The notes under the pieces: model-generated
Told to the model about the DNA's origin: nothing
Database searches by the model: none
What the model saw: the letters and a program-made list of their open reading frames with translations, nothing else
Virus record (IMG/VR): IMGVR_UViG_3300045988_147192
Coordinates: 56,187 to 88,186 of that record
Direction: 5' to 3' (one strand)
Source of the DNA: a virus
Length of the DNA stretch: 32,000 nucleotides
Shown here: piece after piece, positions 25,295 through 32,000 of the stretch
Position numbering within the stretch: position 1 is the first letter of the stretch
How the letters are laid out: each line of letters begins with the position of its first letter
Program-made: the position numbers and the translations under genes

Positions 25295-25828
25295 TCATCG
25301 TTCCAGATATTTCGTTGGAACTTCCTTAGTCAACCATACATTATTCACAGACAGGAAAAACTTGTATCCATCTCTGCACATTTGCCCTGAGTTTACTTGA
25401 TATACGATTTCTTTTCCATGTCTCTTACCAACCTGTTCAGCCGTTTCCACATCTGTTGAAAGATGAACATATAACCGGCTTTTTGAAATTAACCCAATCT
25501 GATCGATTGACACTACATATTTTTCGCCAGTTCCATGATATAAAAATTCTGGTGGCTGTTTATCTTCTAACTCTACATCTACAGTAATCGAATGTCCTTG
25601 GTTGCATCTGATCAGTGTTTTATCTTCATTAAAAGAGTATCTTCCCTTCGAATCTGTTTTTACGATCTCGTACAGATGACCCAGATCGAATCCAGGATTG
25701 TCTTTCCTAATCCCGTCAATCAGTTCGTCAACATTAGCCCACCCATGTTCATCCAAAGTAATACCAATTGTTTCTGGTTTATGTCTGAGAATCAAACACA
25801 TGTATTTACTAATATTTTCTAAGTTCAT
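25295..25828 (-). CDS. kptA: RNA 2'-phosphotransferase, Tpt1/KptA family
   Basis: SKYMCLILRHKPETIGITLDEHGWANVDELI, RYSFNEDKTLIRCNQGHSI, PPEFLYHGT, HLSTDVETAEQVGKRHG. Confidence 0.93.
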   Translation of the reverse strand: MNLENISKYMCLILRHKPETIGITLDEHGWANVDELIDGIRKDNPGFDLGHLYEIVKTDSKGRYSFNEDKTLIRCNQGHSITVDVELEDKQPPEFLYHGTGEKYVVSIDQIGLISKSRLYVHLSTDVETAEQVGKRHGKEIVYQVNSGQMCRDGYKFFLSVNNVWLTKEVPTKYLER

Positions 25829-25842
25829 GCCTTTACTTCCTT

Positions 25843-26097
25843 TTATTTAATTTTATTTTTCAGATGCCAAACAAAATCTTTTGAATCAAGTAATGAGCCT
25901 TCAAACAACTTTTCGCCTTCAGCTTCATAAATTCTCAACGATCCATCAAAACCAACCACAATATATTTTCCGTTATATTTTTCCATATCAGTCAGCTTCC
26001 ATTCAAGTGCTTGATACTGAGTTCCATCTTCCATCGCATCTGCATATCCATCATATGTAAATAACGGAATGTCAAACATATAAATTATATTATCCAT
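25843..26097 (-). CDS. Hypothetical protein, 84 aa
   Basis: ORF. Confidence 0.55.
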   Translation of the reverse strand: MDNIIYMFDIPLFTYDGYADAMEDGTQYQALEWKLTDMEKYNGKYIVVGFDGSLRIYEAEGEKLFEGSLLDSKDFVWHLKNKIK

Positions 26098-26132
26098 ATT
26101 TTGTTTCTTCCTTTTGTTGTCTATATTAATTA

Positions 26133-26384
26133 TTATACTGTTTCTATATTTATTACTTCTAATAAATTATCTTCCAGCCATTCGCAAATATCTTGTACTA
26201 CTGCATAAGTATCTTCATATCCATAGGAGGCATTGCTCCAGGTATAACAATCATTATATTCGTCAAACCAGATTTCTACAGATTCTCCATTTGATAAATC
26301 AAGCCTAATGGCAATTTTATCTTCTTGCTCTTCTGCATATTCCATTTCTTCGACAACATATTTGTTAATATCTGCTTCAGTCAC
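26133..26384 (-). CDS. Acidic hypothetical protein, 83 aa
   Basis: ORF, highly acidic composition. Confidence 0.55.
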   Translation of the reverse strand: MTEADINKYVVEEMEYAEEQEDKIAIRLDLSNGESVEIWFDEYNDCYTWSNASYGYEDTYAVVQDICEWLEDNLLEVINIETV

Positions 26385-26415
26385 AACATTTCACCTGCCT
26401 TCTGAAAACAATCTT

Positions 26416-26706
26416 TCATCGTTGTATAGCATCCAGAATAGCTTGTCGTTCTTTTTCAGCTTCTACTAAATCAATATCAAAAAATTCAGCAAGTAACTTT
26501 TCTTTATTGATATAGTCTCCGTTACCCATAACATTGGCAAATGGACTTTCTCTCTTTTGTTTTCTGTCAAACATGGTATATTTTCTTAAGAGCCAATCAA
26601 GAAATTCTCCACAAAGCTGTGATTGTTCCTGAATTTCAATCATTATATCCAGCGTTGGTGTTTCAATTTTATTCATATTTTCATCCTTCTTTTCACATGA
26701 AAGCAA
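26416..26706 (-). CDS. Hypothetical protein, 96 aa
   Basis: ORF. Confidence 0.55.
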   Translation of the reverse strand: MLSCEKKDENMNKIETPTLDIMIEIQEQSQLCGEFLDWLLRKYTMFDRKQKRESPFANVMGNGDYINKEKLLAEFFDIDLVEAEKERQAILDAIQR

Positions 26707-26715
26707 TTTTTCAAC

Positions 26716-26901
26716 TTATTCTACAATCTGTATAATATGAACATTCTCTTTTAAATAATTCATCTTCAAGCAATCGTCTTTGAATTTTCTTGCAGCGTCC
26801 AATGTCATTTCATCACTCATGTGATAACCACCATTATATCCTTTATATATAACTCTATACATATCTACTCCTTTAAAATCGTCATTTCTTCTGCTCGTCA
26901 A
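26716..26901 (-). CDS. Hypothetical protein, 61 aa
   Basis: ORF. Confidence 0.5.
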   Translation of the reverse strand: MTSRRNDDFKGVDMYRVIYKGYNGGYHMSDEMTLDAARKFKDDCLKMNYLKENVHIIQIVE

Positions 26902-27244
26902 TTAAATCCAATACCTCACACAAAGTTTTATATCTACCTTCTTCCATATCATTCATATTGCGATTTACCGTTTCATTTTCTAAATCCTCAATAAGCTGCT
27001 CAATTTTAATTCTTAATTCGTCCACTGTTATACCTTCCAATCTCTTTCCAATCTCTTCGTTACTTGGACACTTCTGTAATTGATTTATTGAAACATGTCT
27101 CTGTTCTATATATCCATCTTCCATTTCAAAATCCACATCTGCTTCTTTATCCGATTCCCATGCATATCCAACAAATGTACCAAATAATCTTAAATTTTTA
27201 TGAAATACTCTATCTCCTGCTTTAAATTTCATAATTTCCTCCAA
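26882..27244 (-). CDS. Hypothetical protein with SH3-like N-terminus, 120 aa
   Basis: MKFKAGDRVFHKNLRLFGTFVGY... Confidence 0.55.
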   Translation of the reverse strand: MEEIMKFKAGDRVFHKNLRLFGTFVGYAWESDKEADVDFEMEDGYIEQRHVSINQLQKCPSNEEIGKRLEGITVDELRIKIEQLIEDLENETVNRNMNDMEEGRYKTLCEVLDLIDEQKK

Positions 27245-27275
27245 TCCAAATAAATTGTCATTTTATACTTCATAT

Positions 27276-27491
27276 TCAAAATTCCATTTTGTTTCTTTTT
27301 ACATAATCCCACGAGATTTCTTCTGGCGCATTCTCTTCACATTCGAATACCGTAACATAGCAATACCCATCTCCGATAAGCTTCTGTGCGTTCGCTTTAC
27401 ATTCATCAAGATTATTAAAATCTCCTAGAATATAAGGCTGACCCATAAAATCGTTTCCATCTTTTTCCTTGTATGCAATCAGATATATCAT
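27276..27491 (-). CDS. Hypothetical protein, 71 aa
   Basis: ORF. Confidence 0.5.
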   Translation of the reverse strand: MIYLIAYKEKDGNDFMGQPYILGDFNNLDECKANAQKLIGDGYCYVTVFECEENAPEEISWDYVKRNKMEF

Positions 27492-27725
27492 CTAAACTTT
27501 TCTCCTTACTTTTTCACTCCGATCGGTCACGTCTAAATAATAATCGGTACATTCTTCAACTTCAAAATCGTTACTTCTAGGATTATCCCACTCACTTTTC
27601 GAAAGAAATCCGAGGCCTTTGCAACTATTTAAATCTTCATTATTAGAAAGCCAAATTATATCACCAATATTAAATGTACCATCTGAACTTGCCTTTGTCA
27701 CTTTGTACAATTTCAATTTTTCCAT
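27492..27725 (-). CDS. Hypothetical protein, 77 aa
   Basis: ORF. Confidence 0.5.
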   Translation of the reverse strand: MEKLKLYKVTKASSDGTFNIGDIIWLSNNEDLNSCKGLGFLSKSEWDNPRSNDFEVEECTDYYLDVTDRSEKVRRKV

Positions 27726-27759
27726 ATTATCACCATTTGAAAGTTAAATTTCATTATCC

Positions 27760-27948
27760 TTAAAATTTAAAATATTGCCCAGGATAAGCATCCATATGTC
27801 CGAAACATACGTTATCAAACCAAAGATATCCTTGATTATCCCATTCAATTACGACACCTTTTTTGATATGAACTTCTTCACGTCCGTCTTTATTTTCTTT
27901 TAAGAATCCAACACCATCATAGTCCTTAATACATGTTGCTGTACTCAT
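27760..27948 (-). CDS. Hypothetical protein, 62 aa
   Basis: ORF. Confidence 0.5.
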   Translation of the reverse strand: MSTATCIKDYDGVGFLKENKDGREEVHIKKGVVIEWDNQGYLWFDNVCFGHMDAYPGQYFKF

Positions 27949-27976
27949 CTCATAATCTCCTTTCTTGTCTTGAAAC

Positions 27977-28126
27977 TTAGATTTCCTCGTATCCTAAAAC
28001 TTTTAGACAATGTATAAATCCATCAATTTCATTTTCTTGAACCATTTCTTTTTGTTCATATCCATCATCATTTATATAAACTGTATAATAATCGCAAATT
28101 TTCATTCCAATATAAAAAGTTTGTTC
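27977..28126 (-). CDS. Small hypothetical protein, 49 aa (not in ORF track)
   Basis: Manual translation MEQTFYIGMKICDYTVYINDDGYEQKEMVQENEIDGFIHCLKVLGYEEI*. Confidence 0.5.
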   Translation of the reverse strand, partial: EQTFYIGMKICDYYTVYINDDGYEQKEMVQENEIDGFIHCLKVLGYEEI

Positions 28127-28177
28127 CATATCAACTAATCCTTTCCATCCACATGAAAACTTGGTTTCATTGGCTTT

Positions 28178-28618
28178 TTATATTTTAGTCATACCATTCG
28201 AAAGTTTATACAGCTCTCTTGCTGCATTCTTTAATATATTTTCTTCTCTCTTGCAGCTAACCTTTGATCTACACTGATTACAAAGTATCCCTTTAAGTCC
28301 ATTATTAAAACAGTATAAGACGCCTGGTTCAAATCCATTTTTAAAACTAGAATATGCTTTATCTATAACCGTATTATTATTATCTATATTTTTTATTTCA
28401 GAATTATATCTTCTAATTCTCTCCGCAGTAACTTTTTCAATATCTTTTGTGATTTTTATATCTACACATTCTCTCTTTTTTAAATCAGCTACAAAATCAT
28501 TAACTGAACTTTCATGTAAAAAATTCTCATATTGAATTTTTCCATTTTCTTCCCATTGTACATTTATCATAATATCATCTCCATTCACAAGAAACTTGGT
28601 TGCAATTTGTTGGTACAT
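28178..28618 (-). CDS. Hypothetical protein, 146 aa (start probably MINVQWEENGK)
   Basis: ORF with C-terminal CNQCRSKVSC. Confidence 0.55.
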   Translation of the reverse strand: MYQQIATKFLVNGDDIMINVQWEENGKIQYENFLHESSVNDFVADLKKRECVDIKITKDIEKVTAERIRRYNSEIKNIDNNNTVIDKAYSSFKNGFEPGVLYCFNNGLKGILCNQCRSKVSCKREENILKNAARELYKLSNGMTKI

Positions 28619-28805
28619 CGACCATATTCCATAAAAGACTTTCTCTTACAGGATATACTCTTTTATGATCAATAGATACAAAATATTTCTCATCGTCTGT
28701 CAAATACACCAAATCCCATGCCAAATCATTTGAGTTTTCTTTTATCCATATAGGCATCGTTTTTGCGGATTTGGGTATATGTTTATCTAACTTTTGAATA
28801 GCCAT
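28575..28805 (-). CDS. Hypothetical protein, 76 aa
   Basis: ORF. Confidence 0.5.
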   Translation of the reverse strand: MAIQKLDKHIPKSAKTMPIWIKENSNDLAWDLVYLTDDEKYFVSIDHKRVYPVRESLLWNMVDVPTNCNQVSCEWR

Positions 28806-28844
28806 CTTGTATTCTCCAATCTTCCAATGAATCTATTATTTCTT

Positions 28845-29159
28845 TCAGTCTACAAATTTCCCGAACGGAGTGGCCGACCAGAATCCAGCATCATTCTGCC
28901 AAATACGTTCTTCTCTTTGTTTTGCTGCGTCTACCCCAGTAAGCCAAGTTAATTTATTTATCTGTAACGGCTGATCACAGCCTTTTAAAGCAATTACTTT
29001 TTCTTTCTTAATATCTTTCAGATCTTCTACCTCATCACAAAGTGCATATTCCTGGTTGCACGTTCTCATTGCATCACACCACCATTTTCTCTGCATATTA
29101 TAATGCCTCTCTTTCCATTTGAATATACTTATCAGTATTATACCATAATTATCAGACAA
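28845..29159 (-). CDS. Hypothetical protein (start probably at MQRKWWCDAMRTC)
   Basis: ORF upstream overlap suggests internal start. Confidence 0.5.
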   Translation of the reverse strand: MSDNYGIILISIFKWKERHYNMQRKWWCDAMRTCNQEYALCDEVEDLKDIKKEKVIALKGCDQPLQINKLTWLTGVDAAKQREERIWQNDAGFWSATPFGKFVD

Positions 29160-29173
29160 CTGTACAGATATTC

Positions 29174-30139
29174 TTATGCCGTTTCGCCTAACAGAATTTT
29201 CCTGAACATACTTTCAAATATCGGAACACAAATACTATTGCCAGCCTGTTTATATAATGCCATTCTATATCTTCCTCGTTTCTGTTGGACAGATGCAGCT
29301 GCTTCATAATCCTGATCCGTATAACCCATAAGTCTCCAACATTCCCGTTCCGTAAGATATCTATATTTTCCATTATGTAAGTCAATTACCTGTGCAGGTG
29401 TCCGATCCTGGCGAGTCGTGATTGTATAAGCATATTGGTCAATTACGGTTGCTCTTCTAATTCCGGATGCTCCAATACATTCCAGAATGCTCGGTTGTGT
29501 TACCTCATATACTGGATCAACTTTCTGTTCCAAAAACTCATGAATGTTTCTCATTGGCGTTCTAATCAGATCAGAAAAATCAAATTCCTTTCCTTTTAAA
29601 CAACTTACAGTGAAATAGCGTTCTCTTGCTTGCGGAATACCAAACTCTCTTGCGTCTAATAGTTCATATGTACTTGTATATCCCAATTTGTCCAATTCTT
29701 TCATATATCTGTCATGATTATGTACCATATATTTACTTCTGACATTTTTAACATTTTCCCAAATCACATATTTGGGTTTCCATTCACCCATCTGTTTAAT
29801 AATATTAATCGTTTCCCACATAAGACTCGATCTTGTTCCAGATCCTTCTTCTGCACCAGCTCCATGATTTGTTCTTCCATTTCCAGTAGCTGTGCCTTGA
29901 TGTCCAGCAACAGACATGTCCTGGCAGGGAGAACCATGTATCAGAATATCTGGGCGTAGGTTATATCCGACCACTGTTTGCGTTTTATACGGCAGTTCAC
30001 TTTTGAACATTGCATTATATGATCTGACTGCTGCTTCGTCGATCTCGACATAATCAATTGATTTAACAGGAATACCGATATTCCGTAATGCGCACCGTGG
30101 ACTTCCAATTCCACCGAATAATTCTAAAATTTGTACCAT
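29174..30139 (-). CDS. DNA (cytosine-5-)-methyltransferase
   Basis: ELFGGIGSPRCALRN (motif I), LIHGSPCQDMSVAG (motif IV PCQ), YVIWENVKNV (ENV motif), ARERYFTVS, RECWRLMGY, QAGNSICVPI. Confidence 0.95.
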   Translation of the reverse strand: MVQILELFGGIGSPRCALRNIGIPVKSIDYVEIDEAAVRSYNAMFKSELPYKTQTVVGYNLRPDILIHGSPCQDMSVAGHQGTATGNGRTNHGAGAEEGSGTRSSLMWETINIIKQMGEWKPKYVIWENVKNVRSKYMVHNHDRYMKELDKLGYTSTYELLDAREFGIPQARERYFTVSCLKGKEFDFSDLIRTPMRNIHEFLEQKVDPVYEVTQPSILECIGASGIRRATVIDQYAYTITTRQDRTPAQVIDLHNGKYRYLTERECWRLMGYTDQDYEAAASVQQKRGRYRMALYKQAGNSICVPIFESMFRKILLGETA

Positions 30140-30196
30140 AATAATTTCCTTTCTTATATAAGGCGGTAAACAGTAAGTCTACCGCCTCGTTGATGT

Positions 30197-31330
30197 TTAG
30201 ATAATATTTTTCATAATTTCTACAGATTCTTTTTGTGCTTTTTCTTCCATTCCTCTTACATACAACAGCGTTGTATTAATTGATGCATGATGTAAATTTT
30301 TCTGTACAAGCACAATATCACCCGTTGCGTTGTACAATGTAGTACCATATGTTGCCCTTAGTTTATGTGGACTAATTGTTTTTCCTTTTATATTACAAGC
30401 ATATTTTTTTGTAATATCTGAAATTGCACTTGTTGACAATCTCTTTCCAGTTTTCCCAAGAAACAGAGCTGGCGTATCGCGTGCTGTTACAAGCTGATCT
30501 CTGTATGCTAACCATTTTTGCAATTCATCCAAAACTTTCGGAATCAAAATGAATGTATGAACTTTCTTTCCCTTATCTGTTACAATCAAAGTTCCTTTAT
30601 CCATATTTAAGTTTTCTATATCCATATTGGATAACGCTGCACAACGTACACCTGTAGAAAGAAAAAGTTTTATAACCACAATATCCCTTTGTGACCAAAT
30701 AGCTGATGGCTTTCTTGTTTTCCCTGTTAGCTTATGATCAACATTATAAAGATACGTTTGTGTTTCTTCTGGAGTCAAATAACTCTTTTCTCTTCTTTCT
30801 ATTGTTCTCTGTTGCTCTCTCTTTTTTGGCTTTGCAATTTCTTCCATATAGTTTTTCGAAAAAATTTTATATGCAAACATACATTTTGAAAAAAGTTTTA
30901 ATGCAGAATAAACTGCAATTTGATAAGAAGAAACTGTTTCCAATCCATTATCTTTATCTTGTATTTTTGCCATATAGGATACAAAATCTCTCAGTTCAAG
31001 ATCTTCTTCTTTTTCTTTCCCTGTGAACTTTAGAAATTTTAATACATCACACATGTAAACATATTTTGTCTTTTCTGATAAATCATGCATATATAAAAGG
31101 AAGTCTTGTAGATTCTTAGACTTCCCTTCCATAATGTTTTCGATTTTTCGTTTATATTTAAGTTTTTCTTCCTCTAAGCCTGTCTGGACTCTTTCATTCA
31201 TTTTATTCCTCCAATCATAAATCGGCAATTGCAGCAATAATAATAATAATAATGACCCCAATTGCGACAAAGGTTCCATAGTATCCAACGGCATATTCAA
31301 GTGACATAATATCTTCCTCCTAAAATTCAC
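30197..31330 (-). CDS. Tyrosine recombinase/integrase
   Basis: LFLSTGVRCAAL (Arg), SPHKLRATYGTTLY (HxxR), NLHHASINTTLLYVRG (His...Tyr); N-terminal SAM-like core domain. Confidence 0.93.
   Translation of the reverse strand: MNFRRKILCHLNMPLDTMEPLSQLGSLLLLLLLQLPIYDWRNKMNERVQTGLEEEKLKYKRKIENIMEGKSKNLQDFLLYMHDLSEKTKYVYMCDVLKFLKFTGKEKEEDLELRDFVSYMAKIQDKDNGLETVSSYQIAVYSALKLFSKCMFAYKIFSKNYMEEIAKPKKREQQRTIERREKSYLTPEETQTYLYNVDHKLTGKTRKPSAIWSQRDIVVIKLFLSTGVRCAALSNMDIENLNMDKGTLIVTDKGKKVHTFILIPKVLDELQKWLAYRDQLVTARDTPALFLGKTGKRLSTSAISDITKKYACNIKGKTISPHKLRATYGTTLYNATGDIVLVQKNLHHASINTTLLYVRGMEEKAQKESVEIMKNII
31215..31307 (-). CDS. 30-aa hydrophobic microprotein (not in ORF track)
   Basis: Manual translation MSLEYAVGYYGTFVAIGVIIIIIIAAIADL*; GGAGG about 7 nt upstream. 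Confidence 0.45.
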   Translation of the reverse strand: MSLEYAVGYYGTFVAIGVIIIIIIAAIADL

Positions 31331-31668
31331 TATTCAAAAATATATGACGGAAACATCAGCTCTAACTCCTCTTCTGAAATTTCCATATTTTTGTTTTGGC
31401 TTTTAAATTCTTCATCGAACTGATGATTTAATTTCAAGACATTGTAAGCACTTTCAATCACCCACTCCCTGATAAACTCCATATCTGATTCCGACAAATC
31501 ATATCCATATAGTTCTACATATCTTATCAACTTCTTTCTTATACTTGTTTGTGTTGTGTTCCATTTCTTTTCTAAATTCTCGAACTTACGCACATCTGTT
31601 TGACAATATTCCTTGAACGTTTTTCTTTTCATACATTCTCCTTTCTTTGCAACAAAAAACCGGCACAT
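31330..31668 (-). CDS. Hypothetical protein (start probably MKRKTFKEYCQ)
   Basis: 112 aa ORF. Confidence 0.5.
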   Translation of the reverse strand: MCRFFVAKKGECMKRKTFKEYCQTDVRKFENLEKKWNTTQTSIRKKLIRYVELYGYDLSESDMEFIREWVIESAYNVLKLNHQFDEEFKSQNKNMEISEEELELMFPSYIFE

Positions 31669-31679
31669 TTCTGTACCGG

Positions 31680-31865
31680 TTAATAACGTTTCTCTTTTCT
31701 GATTTTATTCAATTTTTCTTTCTTTTGATTGATGTGTCGTACTTTTGCTCGTGATTTATACTTATCACAATGTTGACAATAGTGATTGTGATCTGCTTCT
31801 CTCCCCTTACTACATTGTCCTGCGCAAATATAGTATAAGCATGGTGTTTCTCTTGTCTTACTCAT
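31680..31865 (-). CDS. Cys-rich small protein, 61 aa
   Basis: CLYYICAGQCSKGREADHNHYCQHCDKY possible zinc-binding. Confidence 0.6.
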   Translation of the reverse strand: MSKTRETPCLYYICAGQCSKGREADHNHYCQHCDKYKSRAKVRHINQKKEKLNKIRKEKRY

Positions 31866-32000
31866 CTTTTATCTACACCTATCGGCATGATAATATAACC
31901 AGAAATACGGAACCCTCTGGACGCAAGTTCTTTTAAATCTGTTGCAATTCTACCTTCTTTCAATAATTTATGCATATTACAATGGATAGTGCCTTTGCTT
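31862..32000 (-). CDS. Partial CDS running off the window
   Basis: Minus frame ...SKGTIHCNMHKLLKEGRIATDLKELASRGFRISGYIIMPIGVDKR*; 4-nt ATGA overlap with the next gene. Confidence 0.45.
   Translation of the reverse strand, partial: SKGTIHCNMHKLLKEGRIATDLKELASRGFRISGYIIMPIGVDKR

Noticed and set aside
1-32000. CRISPR arrays, tRNA or rRNA genes
   Set aside because: No regularly spaced repeat array was seen, and no cloverleaf with a recognisable T-arm GGTTCGAATCC-type sequence was found by eye.

Overview
32 kb window of AT-rich, densely coding DNA from a low-GC Firmicute (Clostridia-like) mobile element. It is probably part of a large phage or plasmid-like element, but no capsid, portal, terminase or conjugation gene is visible, so the element type is not proven. 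Nearly every gene is on the minus strand and many overlap or are closely coupled; the clear exception is one XRE-type regulator at 24144..24491 (+). The strongest content is: (1) a contiguous five-gene NAD+/ADP-ribose metabolism operon (7757..11838: nicotinamidase -> PRPP-synthetase-like -> NAMPT-like -> Poa1p-like macrodomain -> NadE) whose central pair matches the architecture of the phage NAD+ reconstitution pathway NARP1 (Adps/Namat), with a KptA/Tpt1 NAD-dependent RNA 2'-phosphotransferase elsewhere in the window; (2) an IscB-like RuvC/HNH RNA-guided-nuclease candidate (17160..18707) preceded by a ~215 nt AT-rich leader with nested long-range stems and a possible pseudoknot, i.e. a candidate omegaRNA; (3) an unassigned 121-nt element (16848..16968) with a 28-bp basal stem and three internal hairpins, whose G-U pairs favour the plus strand; (4) a ClpP-like protease, sigma-like factor, ParB-like and DUF262-like proteins, MazF/PemK toxin, SLOG-family and radical SAM proteins, a C5 DNA methyltransferase and a tyrosine recombinase. 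All calls are from motif reading and by-eye pairing only; no database search or folding program was run.
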